A model generated the notes under the pieces. That model had not been told where the DNA came from. It worked only from the letters and a program-made list of their open reading frames with translations, and did not search any database. Below, piece after piece: positions 18,096-29,300 of a stretch of DNA of 64,000 nt; position 1 is the stretch's first letter, and every line of letters starts with the position of its first letter. The stretch comes from Halarcobacter sp. (GTDB lineage: Bacteria; Campylobacterota; Campylobacteria; Campylobacterales; Arcobacteraceae), in the NCBI GenBank assembly GCA_048571215.1, contig CP182352.1:1792001-1856000 (forward strand), in the 5' to 3' direction. Made by a program: the position numbers and the translations under genes.

Positions 18096-18102
18096 GTATA
18101 CC

Positions 18103-18999
18103 TCAATCAATCAACTTCCTATGAAGTCTATCTATTTTAAAAGTTTTAGCAATACCTGTCAGTGATAGATATGCTCTTTTTGTTATACCTAAGGGAACTT
18201 CAGCGGGGATTCCTATGTTTTTCTTAGTTTCAAGCATATTTTCCCTTGGAAAATCAAACTCAGTACACCCAATACATGGCATACCAGCTCTAGTTTTTGT
18301 ATTTACATCATTCCATAAAACTTTATTACAATTTGAGTGGGTCATAGGTCCACGACATCCTTGTTCATAAAAAAGACAGCCCTCTTTTAATCCAAAGCTT
18401 TTTGCTTCTACCTTCCATTCAAAGTACTCATTTCTTGTACAACCATGGTGGGCCAAACCATAATATAATTCAACTGGTCTTCCATATTCATCGAGAGTTA
18501 TCTTTCCATACTCTTTTAAGCTAAATAGAGTTTGAAAAATCCATTCTGGATGGACTGGGCAACCTGTAAGGTTTATTATTGGATGATTTAATCCATACAT
18601 ATTATCTATCTCTAAAGATTTTTCAAGCCCATCTATGTCACTATTGAAAGTAAATCTACTGTGAACTCCACCATATGAAGCACACGAACCAACGGCTATA
18701 ATATATTTTGATTTTTTTACAAGTTTATTAAACTGTATATATGGAGATTGATTTGATATTTTAAAAAAGTTTTCATTTGAACTTATTGCACCCTCGACAA
18801 GTAAAAAGTCAATTTCAACTTCACTATTTAAAATATCATCTAAAATAATCCCTTCAGTTAAGGAAGGGTGATATATAAGATCAAAACTATCTAAAAATAG
18901 TTTCATCCTATTTTGATTTGCACTTAAAAAAGAGTGGGTATTTCCATTACAAGTTATAGCTTGAAACCATAAAAGCTTTGGTTTTCCACTAGTTGTCAT
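18103..18999 (-). CDS. hupS: Group 2-type cytoplasmic [NiFe]-hydrogenase small subunit (HupS/HupU-like)
   Basis: WFQAITCNGNTHS, GSCASYGG, GCPVHP, CTRNE, GCRGP; no Tat signal. Confidence 0.88.
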   Translation of the reverse strand: MTTSGKPKLLWFQAITCNGNTHSFLSANQNRMKLFLDSFDLIYHPSLTEGIILDDILNSEVEIDFLLVEGAISSNENFFKISNQSPYIQFNKLVKKSKYIIAVGSCASYGGVHSRFTFNSDIDGLEKSLEIDNMYGLNHPIINLTGCPVHPEWIFQTLFSLKEYGKITLDEYGRPVELYYGLAHHGCTRNEYFEWKVEAKSFGLKEGCLFYEQGCRGPMTHSNCNKVLWNDVNTKTRAGMPCIGCTEFDFPRENMLETKKNIGIPAEVPLGITKRAYLSLTGIAKTFKIDRLHRKLID

Positions 19000-19579
19000 A
19001 CTTTAATGCTCTATAAATGTTTTCAGCAACTTGATCTGAATACTCCAATAAATCTTTTTCCAAAACCTTTTCACCACTTAAAAAAGCAAATCCACCAAGT
19101 GCACCCATCAACATACCAAAGGCAGGGAAAAACTCTTGTTGCCTAAACTCTTTATTAGCTGCACCCTCATCAAGTAAAATCATAACCTCTGTTACAAATT
19201 CACTTACACATAAAAATCCTTCACAGCCTTGATTAAAAACCTCTCTATTTGATAGGTAAACTCTTAAAAAATACTCAATAACTTCAGGAGATTTTTTTAC
19301 ATTTTTCAAATATACTTCTGTAAAAACAAATATTTTCTCTTTTGAGGAGATATCCATTTGATTAATTTCTCTTAATTCTCTTGCTAAAATATTTGTAGAG
19401 TATTTTATAGCATATTTGGCTAACTCTTCTTTGGACTTAAAATAGTTGTACATATTACCAACACTCATACTCATAGCTTTTGCAATATCAGGAATAGTAG
19501 TGTTGTAAAAACCTTTTGTAGAAAAAAGTTTTAAAGCTTTTTCAATAATATTATTTTTTTTCTCTTCTTTTGCGGACAA
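18989..19579 (-). CDS. TetR/AcrR family regulator
   Basis: LFSTKGFYNTTIPDIAKAMSMSVGNMYNYFKSKEEL HTH. Confidence 0.92.
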   Translation of the reverse strand: MSAKEEKKNNIIEKALKLFSTKGFYNTTIPDIAKAMSMSVGNMYNYFKSKEELAKYAIKYSTNILARELREINQMDISSKEKIFVFTEVYLKNVKKSPEVIEYFLRVYLSNREVFNQGCEGFLCVSEFVTEVMILLDEGAANKEFRQQEFFPAFGMLMGALGGFAFLSGEKVLEKDLLEYSDQVAENIYRALKYDN

Positions 19580-19689
19580 GGTATGCCTTTTTAATTTTTA
19601 TATTTTTTAATTATATAACTTAATAAGTTAATAGTAAATGAATACTTATATTTAAAAGAATTATTATAAAAGATTATTATAAAAAGTAT

Positions 19690-19725
19690 AAAAAAAGCCC
19701 AAGCAAAAAATGCTTGGGCTTTTTT
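19690..19725 (-). terminator. Intrinsic terminator of acnB
   Basis: AAAAAAGCCCAAGCA..TGCTTGGGCTTTTTT. Confidence 0.85.
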
Positions 19726-19740
19726 CTATTCTAGTATCTA

Positions 19741-22317
19741 TTAAGAGTGAACTAAACTTGTTAATTCTTCTGGTGATACTTTGTGGAAATTTAAGTATTT
19801 ATAAATATCATCTCTTTTTTCTGGAGTGATTTTTTTAGGTACCATTTCTAAGTATTCTTCTTTTGTTGGAAGTCTTCCTAAAAGTGCAGATAGTGCTGCA
19901 ACTTCTGCAGATCCTAAATAAACTTTTGAATCTTTACCAAGTCTGTTATCAAAGTTTCTTGTAGATGTACTAAATACAACTGCACCTTGACCAACATTTG
20001 CTTGGTTACCCATACATAAAGAACAACCTGGGATCTCCATTCTAGCACCAGCTGCTCCAAAGATTGAGTAGTAACCCTCTTCGTTTAATTGTTTTTCATC
20101 CATTTTTGTTGGTGGTGCAATCCATAATTTAGTTGGTACTGGACCTTCACCTTTAAGTACTTCACCTAAAGCTCTAAATAATCCAATATTTGTCATACAA
20201 GAACCAACAAATACTTCATCAATTTTTTCAGTTGGTCTGTTTGGATCAGCTAAAATATTTGATAATGTATCAACATCATCTGGATCGTTAGGACAAGCTA
20301 ATAATGGCTCAGTGATTTCATTTAAGTTGATTTCAATAGTTGCTAAGTACTCTGCATCTGCATCTGGTTGTAATAACTCAGGATTAGCAATCCATTCTTT
20401 CATTTTATCAGCTCTTCTTTGTAAAGTTCTAGCGTCTTCATAACCCTCTTCAATCATTTTTTCAATTAAAGCGATATTTGAAGATAAGTACTCAATAATT
20501 GGTTCTTTATCTAATTGAACAGAACAAGCTGCTGCTGATCTTTCTGCTGCTGCATCAGATAATTCAAATGCTTGCTCAACTTTAAGTTGTGGAAGACCTG
20601 AAATTTCAATTACATTACCTGCGAAAATATTCTTTTTGTTTTTCTTAGGTACTGTTAATAATCCATCTTTAATTGCTTGGTAAGGGATAGCATTAACTAA
20701 ATCTCTTAAAGTTATACCTGGTTGTAATTCACCAGTAAATTTTACATGAACTGATTCAGGCATAGTTAAAGGCATCATACCAGTAACACCTGCAAACGCT
20801 ACAAGACCAGAACCAGCTGGGAATGAGATACCAATTGGGAATCTTGTATGTGAATCTCCACCAGTACCTACAGTATCTGGTAAACATAATCTATTTAACC
20901 AAGAGTGAATAACACCATCACCTGGTCTTAATGTAACACCACTTCTTGAAGTAATAAACTCTGGTAGTGTATGTTGTAAGTTAATATCTGCTGGTTTTGG
21001 ATAAGCAGCAGTGTGACAGAATGATTGCATAACCATATCAGCACCAAAAGATAGTGCAGCAAGCTCTTTAATCTCATCTCTTGTCATTGGTCCTGTAGTA
21101 TCTTGTGAACCTACAGTTGTACAAACTGGTTCTACATACATACCAGGTTTAACACCTTCCATTCCACAAGCACGTCCTACCATTTTTTGTGCTTGAGTAA
21201 ATCCATTTGTACTTGCAGCTGGTTGAGATGCAGTAATAAAAGCATCAGATGCTTCTAAACCTAAAGCTTCTCTTGCTTTTGCAGTAAGACCTTTACCAAT
21301 GATTAATGGGATTCTTCCCCCTGCTCTCATCTCATCTGTTAATGTATTTGGAGCTAATTTGAATTCAGATACAACTTTTCCATCTTTTTCAATTACACCA
21401 TCAAAAGGTTTAAGAGTAATAACATCACCAGTTTCTAACTCATCAACTGGAGCTTGGATTGGTAAACAACCTGAATCTTCTGCTGTATTGAAGAAAATAG
21501 GAGCAATAATAGAACCAATAACAACCCCACCAGTTCTTTTATTTGGAACACCTGGGATATCTCTACCCATGTGCCATTGAACAGAGTTAATACCTGATTT
21601 TCTTGATGAACCAGTACCAACAACATCACCAACATATGCTAAAGGATAACCTTTTTCTTTTAATGAAGCCATTGTTTCAAGTGGATTTTCCATTCTTGAT
21701 TGTAACATTGCTGTTGCATGTAATGGAATATCAGCTCTTGTAAATGCTACAGTTGCAGGAGATAAATCATCTGTATTTGTTTCACCAGGAATTTTATATA
21801 CTGTTAAAGTAATCTCTTTTTCTAATGCTGGTTTATTTGTAAACCATTCAGCATTTGCCCATGATTCAATAACTTCTTTTGCTTTTGCATTACCTGCATC
21901 TGCTAACTCTTTTACATCATTGAATGAATCATAAACTAAAATTGTATCTTTTAATTGTTTTGCAGCAGAATCTGCTACTTCATCAATTTTTAATGCATCT
22001 ACTAGTGGAGTTACATTGAATCCACCCATCATTGTTCCTAAAATTTCAATTGCTTCAAGCTTTGAAATAACTGAACATGCAACATTTCCTTGTACTATAT
22101 CATTTAAGAATGCAGCTTTTACATAAGCAGCATCATCAACACCTGGGTTGATTTTATTTTTAAATAATTCTAATGCATAATCTGCGTCTTCTACAGAGTC
22201 TGCTTTTAATAACTCTACTAATTCAGCTGTTTGCTCAGCTGTTAATGCTAATGGTGGTAAACCACCTTCGTTTAATCTTTCTTCTGTATGTGCTTTATAA
22301 GTAGCTAATAAACTCAT
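19741..22317 (-). CDS. acnB: Aconitate hydratase B
   Basis: [53 protein letters not shown]; start at 22317 after AGGAGG. Confidence 0.97.
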   Translation of the reverse strand: MSLLATYKAHTEERLNEGGLPPLALTAEQTAELVELLKADSVEDADYALELFKNKINPGVDDAAYVKAAFLNDIVQGNVACSVISKLEAIEILGTMMGGFNVTPLVDALKIDEVADSAAKQLKDTILVYDSFNDVKELADAGNAKAKEVIESWANAEWFTNKPALEKEITLTVYKIPGETNTDDLSPATVAFTRADIPLHATAMLQSRMENPLETMASLKEKGYPLAYVGDVVGTGSSRKSGINSVQWHMGRDIPGVPNKRTGGVVIGSIIAPIFFNTAEDSGCLPIQAPVDELETGDVITLKPFDGVIEKDGKVVSEFKLAPNTLTDEMRAGGRIPLIIGKGLTAKAREALGLEASDAFITASQPAASTNGFTQAQKMVGRACGMEGVKPGMYVEPVCTTVGSQDTTGPMTRDEIKELAALSFGADMVMQSFCHTAAYPKPADINLQHTLPEFITSRSGVTLRPGDGVIHSWLNRLCLPDTVGTGGDSHTRFPIGISFPAGSGLVAFAGVTGMMPLTMPESVHVKFTGELQPGITLRDLVNAIPYQAIKDGLLTVPKKNKKNIFAGNVIEISGLPQLKVEQAFELSDAAAERSAAACSVQLDKEPIIEYLSSNIALIEKMIEEGYEDARTLQRRADKMKEWIANPELLQPDADAEYLATIEINLNEITEPLLACPNDPDDVDTLSNILADPNRPTEKIDEVFVGSCMTNIGLFRALGEVLKGEGPVPTKLWIAPPTKMDEKQLNEEGYYSIFGAAGARMEIPGCSLCMGNQANVGQGAVVFSTSTRNFDNRLGKDSKVYLGSAEVAALSALLGRLPTKEEYLEMVPKKITPEKRDDIYKYLNFHKVSPEELTSLVHS

Positions 22318-22705
22318 ATACACCTCCTATTTAATTTGTAGCGCTAGTATAGCATAATGTTTATTTTCTATGATGTACAATTTTTGCTATACATGTCACA
22401 ATTTTTTTATTATCTAATAAAAGTTACTAAAAGTAATAAAAAAACAACAAGTCTCTCTTTATTTTCACTATTTTATACATAATTACACTATATTTCACTT
22501 AGTTAATCAAACTAGTTTTCCTATTTATGCTTAAATACTCAATATTAACTATGTACAAAAAATGTACATCAATTAAACTATTGTACAACTATTCAATATT
22601 TGCAATTACCTAAGAGAAGAGATATTTGATAATATTAAAAATAAAGACTTTTTAAATATAAATACACATATAATATGTTTAATAAAATAAAAAACAAGGT
22701 TACAA

Positions 22706-23149
22706 ATGACAATAGGAAAATTACAAGACAAATTACATACTCAAATACCTTTAACTAAACTAATGAAACTAAGTATTGACTCCTATAAAGATAATAAACT
22801 TTTCACCAAAGCTCCTTTAAATGTAAATATCAATGATAAGGGTACAGGTTTTGCAGGAAGTTTACTTACAACTGCAACAATATCTGCTTGGAGTGTTGTA
22901 TATCTACTTTGTGAAGAGCTAAATTATAATCCCCCAATCATTGCAATAGTTAAAAACGAATCTACTTTTAATTTTCCTGTTACAAAAGATATATACTGTG
23001 TTAGTTATAAACCATCTTCAGAGCAAATAGAGCTTTTAAGAGAGAAACTTAAAACTAAAAAAAGTGGTTCAATAAAAATCAAATCACAAATTATTGAAGA
23101 TGAAAAAGTTTGTTTAGAATTTGAAGGTGTTTATGTTGTTAAACTATAA
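22706..23149 (+). CDS. YiiD C-terminal-like thioesterase domain protein
   Basis: LHTQIPL..M...APL..NINDKGTGFAGS. Confidence 0.8.
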   Translation: MTIGKLQDKLHTQIPLTKLMKLSIDSYKDNKLFTKAPLNVNINDKGTGFAGSLLTTATISAWSVVYLLCEELNYNPPIIAIVKNESTFNFPVTKDIYCVSYKPSSEQIELLREKLKTKKSGSIKIKSQIIEDEKVCLEFEGVYVVKL

Positions 23150-23190
23150 TCTTCACTTTTATTATACAATTGATGTGTTATAATGTGTTT

Positions 23191-24000
23191 ATGAAAATTA
23201 TTATTTTATTTTTAACATCTATACTAATACCTTTTTATCTTAGTGCTAGCAATATATCAGCAAAGTACAAAATAACCTATGGAGGCTTTCTAAATCTAGG
23301 GGAAGCTATTAGCACCCTAATAATAAAAGATAATAAATATGATATTAAAATTGAAGCAAAAACTACTGGTATGGCAAAATACCTTACAAATAATCGTGTG
23401 GAAATCTATGAGAGTCAAGGCAAATATATTGACAATAAATTTATTCCAGAAAAGTTTATAAAAACTAAAAAAGATAATCAAAAACAAAGAATTAGAACAT
23501 ATACCTTTGACATAAACAATAAAAAGATATTAGTGGAAGATATACACAAAGGTGTAAAGTACAAGATACAAAACGATTTTTCTAAAAAAGCAATTGCATT
23601 TTCTGAACATAATAATTCAACTTTAGATTATTATGCAAAGGATGATATATTATCACTTTTTTTTAATATGCAAGAGCTTATGCATAACTTTAAAGATGGG
23701 AAAGAGTATGTTCTAAAAGCGGTAGGAGCTAATAAAACAAAAGGCAATATTAATATTTTGATGCCATCAAAAGAGCAAATGAAAAACTTAAATAAAGATT
23801 TAAATATCAAATCAAAAACAAAATTTATAGCATATATAAATCAAAAGATATTCTCAAGCAAAAGGGGTGAATTGATGATTTCATTAAATGACCATGGCTT
23901 TTGTAATAAAGCAATATTAAAAGATGTATTACTTTTTGGAGATATCTTAGGAGAGATGATTGAATTTAAAATAAATAAGGATACAAATGAAAAAACTTAG
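23191..24000 (+). CDS. DUF3108-like exported protein
   Basis: Signal peptide; AKYKITYG..LGEA..YESQG...DDILSLFFN pattern. Confidence 0.65.
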   Translation: MKIIILFLTSILIPFYLSASNISAKYKITYGGFLNLGEAISTLIIKDNKYDIKIEAKTTGMAKYLTNNRVEIYESQGKYIDNKFIPEKFIKTKKDNQKQRIRTYTFDINNKKILVEDIHKGVKYKIQNDFSKKAIAFSEHNNSTLDYYAKDDILSLFFNMQELMHNFKDGKEYVLKAVGANKTKGNINILMPSKEQMKNLNKDLNIKSKTKFIAYINQKIFSSKRGELMISLNDHGFCNKAILKDVLLFGDILGEMIEFKINKDTNEKT

Positions 24001-24775
24001 CATATATCTTATGTCACTATTCTTGATACTATTTATATCAGCTTGTACAGCAAAGGCACCATATACAAATAGAAGTCAGATGATTTTAATCTCACAATCA
24101 CAAGAGCTAGCTTTGGGTGAAGAATCATATAAAAATACTTTAAAAAAAGAGAAAGTTATAAAAAATACAAAAGATGCCAATAGAATAAAAAGGATTGGTT
24201 CAAATATTGCAAGAGTTGTAAATAAACCAGAATACAAATGGGAATTTAATTTAGTTGAAAATAAAGCTAAAAATGCCTTTTGTTTGCCAGGTGGTAAGGT
24301 TGTAGTATATACAGGTATTTTAGAAGTTGCAAAAAATGATGATCAATTGGCAACTGTAATGTCCCATGAAATTGCCCATGCATTAGCTAGACATGGAGCT
24401 GAAAGAGTAAGTAGTGGTATGGTTGCAAATGGTATTCAAGTGGTTGGAAATATAGTACTTGGTTCGCAAGCACCTCAATTAACAAAAACATTTAATGTAG
24501 CTTATGGTTTAGGGGCTCAATATGGGGTCTTGTTACCTTATGGAAGAATGCAAGAGAGTGAAGCAGATGAAATAGGGATACATCTTATGTATAAAGCAGG
24601 TTATGATGTACATGAAGCATTAAAATTTTGGGAAAATATGAGTAAAGATAAAAAAGAATCAATAGAGTTTTTTTCAACCCATCCAAACTCATCAACTAGA
24701 ATTGAAAATATCAAAAGAGTAATCAATAGTTTAAAACCTATAAAACAAACAAATTTAGGTAAAAAAATAAACTAA
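23987..24775 (+). CDS. M48 family metallopeptidase lipoprotein
   Basis: Lipobox ISAC, NAFCLPGG, HEIAH, ESEAD, STHP. Confidence 0.92.
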   Translation: MKKLSIYLMSLFLILFISACTAKAPYTNRSQMILISQSQELALGEESYKNTLKKEKVIKNTKDANRIKRIGSNIARVVNKPEYKWEFNLVENKAKNAFCLPGGKVVVYTGILEVAKNDDQLATVMSHEIAHALARHGAERVSSGMVANGIQVVGNIVLGSQAPQLTKTFNVAYGLGAQYGVLLPYGRMQESEADEIGIHLMYKAGYDVHEALKFWENMSKDKKESIEFFSTHPNSSTRIENIKRVINSLKPIKQTNLGKKIN

Positions 24776-24780
24776 TATAT

Positions 24781-25893
24781 TTATAGGGGCAAATATATTG
24801 TAAAACAAGCCCCTATTTTTGTATTTTTTGCCTTGATTTTTCCAAATAGCCTTTCTTCAACTATTTTTTTACTCATATAAAGACCTACTCCACTACCCTC
24901 TTTATCCTTTTTAGTTGAAAAATATTTATCAAAAATTTTTTCTAAATATTCTTTTTTTATGCCACCTGCATTATCTTCTATTTTTAAGCAGATATCTTTA
25001 TCGTTTCTAAAAAATTCAATTTTTATAATTTTTTCACCTTTTTTTTCAAAAAGTGCTTCACTTGCATTTGATAAAATATTCATCAAAACTTGGATTAAGT
25101 CATTTTGATATGTAGTTATCTCAATATCTATTAAATCCCTTTCAATAAGTATATTATCAGCTTTAAATTTTATTTGTAAAAGTTTTACTGTTTTATTTAC
25201 AATATCTTTTAAATTAAATCTATGTTTTTTCGTATCTGTTACTAAAAAATTTTTAAAATCATCTATTGTTTGACAAAGATGGTTTACAGATAAATCGATA
25301 GTATCAATAAAATTAATCAATCTATCTTCTGTTAACATACCATGCTCTTTTTCTAACTTAATCCCAGTTGTGGATACACTAATAGCTGATAGTGGTTGTT
25401 TCCATTGATGTGTAATATTTTCAAACATCTCTCCTAGAACTACAAGTCTTGATTGATTTACTAATAATTCATCACGCTCTTTTAAATCTTGTATAAGCTT
25501 GTCTTGAAACTTTTTTAGTTTTAGATGGGTATCTATTCTTGCTTTTAAAACAATTGGTTCAATGGGTTTAACTACATAATCAACAGCTCCAAGTTCAAAC
25601 CCTTTTACTATATCATGTTCATTTTCTAATATGGTTACAAAAATAATAGGTATATCTTTAAACTTAGAATTGTTTTTTAAGATTTTACATAATTCATAAC
25701 CATCCATATTAGGCATTATAACATCTAATAAAATTAAATCGGGTACTAAGTCATCTGATAATATAGATAATGCTTTTTCACCACTTATTGCTACATGTAC
25801 TAAATAATCCTTTTTTAATACTTCTATCATCACTTGGATATTTTCTGGTGAATCATCAACTACAAGGATTTTTTGTTTATTATTATCTTTCAT
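24781..25893 (-). CDS. Response regulator / histidine kinase hybrid
   Basis: REC domain (VVDD, LLDVIMP) plus HQWKQPL, DNAGG and GSGVGL. Confidence 0.9.
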   Translation of the reverse strand: MKDNNKQKILVVDDSPENIQVMIEVLKKDYLVHVAISGEKALSILSDDLVPDLILLDVIMPNMDGYELCKILKNNSKFKDIPIIFVTILENEHDIVKGFELGAVDYVVKPIEPIVLKARIDTHLKLKKFQDKLIQDLKERDELLVNQSRLVVLGEMFENITHQWKQPLSAISVSTTGIKLEKEHGMLTEDRLINFIDTIDLSVNHLCQTIDDFKNFLVTDTKKHRFNLKDIVNKTVKLLQIKFKADNILIERDLIDIEITTYQNDLIQVLMNILSNASEALFEKKGEKIIKIEFFRNDKDICLKIEDNAGGIKKEYLEKIFDKYFSTKKDKEGSGVGLYMSKKIVEERLFGKIKAKNTKIGACFTIYLPL

Positions 25894-25907
25894 CTATTTC
25901 CCCTCAT

Positions 25908-26300
25908 CTAATCTAAATTTTCTTTTTCTTTAGATTCAAACTTATTTAAATATTTTTGGACTTTTTTCAAAACTATATCTTTTGTAAAAGGTTTACTTAT
26001 AAAATCATCTGCTTTTATTTTAAATACTTTTTCATCTTCCAAAGAAGTGATATATATAATAGGTATATGGGATGTATTTTTATCATCTCTTAATATTTTA
26101 CAAACCTCATAACCATCCATATTTGGCATAATAATATCAAGCAAAATAATATCAGGTTTTATTTTATTATAAATTATTTCTAAAGCTTTATGACCATTTG
26201 TTGCTGCAATAATTATATATTTTTCTTTTAAAATATCCATTAAAAAATGTATGTTTGCAGAAACATCATCAACAATCAAAACCCTTTTTTTATTTTGCAT
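25908..26300 (-). CDS. Single-domain response regulator
   Basis: IVDD, LLDIIMPNMDG, SKPF. Confidence 0.9.
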   Translation of the reverse strand: MQNKKRVLIVDDVSANIHFLMDILKEKYIIIAATNGHKALEIIYNKIKPDIILLDIIMPNMDGYEVCKILRDDKNTSHIPIIYITSLEDEKVFKIKADDFISKPFTKDIVLKKVQKYLNKFESKEKENLD

Positions 26301-29300
26301 TATTTAACTCCTCTAAAAAGTTTTCTATTAACTCTTCTGTTTTGTCCATGTCAAAACTATTTAAGGTATCACTTAATTCTAAATAAAATTCATTATAATC
26401 TTTTTGTAAGTATGTAGATAACTCCTCAAATATCTCTTCACAAAGAACAATATCTAAATTTAAATTGCTTTTTAGATTCTTTAATAACTCTACAACCTTC
26501 TTCTTATCAAACTTTTTTTCTTCATTCATATTTACAAAATCTATTTTTTCAATCTCTGAAATAACTTCTTTAAAAGAGCTTTTAAACTCTTCAATCAACT
26601 CCATATCCAAGATGGTTTTATTAATCAATTTTGCATTTATTAAAGATAAAACTCTATAAAGTTTTTTAGCAGCAATATTGCCAGATATACCTTTTAATTC
26701 ATGAATTTTTTTCTCTAAAAGTTCATGCTCATTATTCCGTAATAATTTCTCAATATAACTTAATAAATTTTTATAATTATTTGCAAATTGTTGCAAAATT
26801 TTAATATATACAAATTCATTTCCTGATACTCTATTTATAGCTTCCTCTATATCAAAAATTTCTGGATTTAAATTACTTATATATTTAAAATTATCTTTTT
26901 CTTTTATCTCTTTACCCTCTATATCTTTTTCAAGAATAAATTTTTTAAGTACGATATACAATTTATTTGGATCAATAGGCTTATTTAAATGTTCATTCAT
27001 ACCAACTTCTAAACTTTTTTCCTTATCACTAACTAAAGCATTTGCACTTAATGCTATTATTGGAAGAGTTTTAAAATAATCTTCTTTTAAAGATCTTATT
27101 TTTTTTGTTGCAGATAAACCATCTAATTTTGGCATTTGTATATCCATTAATACAAGTTTGTACTTTTTCGTTATAATTTTTTCAATAGCCTCAACTCCAT
27201 CAACTGCAATATCTACTTTAAGTCCAAAGCCTTCTAAAATGAGTGTAGCAAACTCTCTATTTAGTTCATTATCCTCAACTAAAAGAACATTCACGCTCTG
27301 TAAAACCTTATTATTATTTTGATTTTCCACCTTTATAATAGTTTTATTAGGATATAGTATTTCCATAATTTTATCATATAATGTTGAGGGAGAAATAGGT
27401 TTTAAAAGATAACCATATATACCATATTTTTCTATATCTTCTTGAATAATTTCTGTAGAATAAGCAGTAACTATTACAGTTTTAGGTGTTTTATCTTGTA
27501 AAATCTCTTTATATTTTATAAAAGTTTCTAAACCACTAAGTTTAGGCATTTTGTAGTCAAGAAAAACAATATCATATTTATTTTCTTGTACCATTTTTAT
27601 AGTTTCATATCCATTTGAAGTGTTATCAACTATATATTTAAATGATTCAAGCATATCAGTTAAAACTTCTGAAGCCAATCTATTATCATCAGCTACTAAA
27701 ACCTTTAAATTTGTAGTTGATGTTGGAAATATAAAACCTAAGTGCTCTTTTTTTGTAGTTATCTTTACTTTTGTTGTAAAACAAATAGTAGTACCCACTC
27801 CAATTGTACTTGACTCAATCCAAATATCTCCACCCAATAGATTTACAAGTTTTTTACATATGGCAAGTCCTAAACCTGTACCATGAAAACTCCTAGTAGC
27901 AGAATCATCTACTTGCATAAACTCTTGAAATAGTTTTTCTTGATTATCTTGTGATATTCCTACACCACTATCTTTTACACAAAATTTTAAAGTATCCTCT
28001 TCTAAACCTTTTGTTACTAAGCTTACAGATACTAAAACCTCTCCAGCTTGAGTAAACTTAATTGCATTTGAGATTAGATTATTTAAAACTTGAGCAAGTC
28101 TTAGTCTATCAGAAATGATATAAACAGGGATATCTTCATCAAACTGTGTTAAAAGTTCTAAACTATTATCTTCAGCTTTAACACTCATAATAGACATAAT
28201 ATCACTAACTAATTCAAAAATACTAAATTCACTATTTTTTATTTCAAGTTTATTTGCTTCTATTTTAGAAAAATCTAAGATATCATTTATTATTCCAAGT
28301 AATGTATTAGCAGCAATATTGGCTTTTTTAATATAGTTTTTTTGACTCTCTTTTAGATGCGTTTTTTCAAGTAGATATAACATACCAAGAACTGCATTCA
28401 TAGGGGTTCGTATCTCATGGCTCATTTTCGCTAAAAAGTCTGACTTAGATTCATTAGCCTTATTTGCCTCTTTTTGTGCAATTTGAAGTTTTTTTTGAAC
28501 TTTTATTCTTTCTGTTATATTTTGTTTAATAGAAACAAAAAACTTGATATTTTTATCTTCATCAAAAATAGGAGCAATAGTTGCACTTTCCCAATAAATA
28601 TCACCATTTTTCTTTTTATTTGAGAACTCTCCAGTCCATGTAAGACCTAAGTTAATAGTTGTCCAAAGATTATTATAGAATTTTTCATCCTGATACCCCG
28701 ATTTGAAAATATTTGGTTTATTTCCAAGTAACTCATTCTGGGTGTAACCACTTTCATTAATACAATATGGATTTACATAAATAATCTCTCCATTTAAATT
28801 TGTCAACATTATAGATACATCACTTTGCTCTATAATTTGAGAAAACTTATTTAACTCTTTTTGAGCTTTTGTCCTCTCATTTATCTCCTGTTTTAGTTTT
28901 CTATTCCAATAAATTATTACAAGAAAAACAACTAAAAACCAAGCTAAAATCTTATAAACTAAAGTATAATCTATAAGTTTTTGAACCTTTACCTTTAGCC
29001 AATTATCTTTTATACTATCTATACTATCTCTATCAGTTTTATTAATAACTTTGTTGAATATATCAACCAACAGTGTTTCATCATTTCGTGTTCCAACTCT
29101 TATTTTATAATCAAGTCCAACAGTAGTAGCAATTTTTAGATTTGTCATTCCATTATTTTCAATTGCATAATTTACTGTTGCAGTGGTATCAATAAAACCA
29201 AATAACTCTCCACTACTCACTTTAAACAAACCATCTAAGACATCTTTTGTTTCAACTAAATTTATTTGAGGATAATGGGCTTTAATCAATGTTGATATAG

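Larger units (their letters stand above)
9400..18100 (-). mobile_element. Integron-derived cassette island lacking an intact integrase (three tandem attI-like modules); boundaries approximate
   Basis: Co-oriented short ORFs separated by attC sites, three attI-like sites, two intI-like 5' stubs and structured repeats; lies between the hydrogenase small and large subunit genes. Confidence 0.82.
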
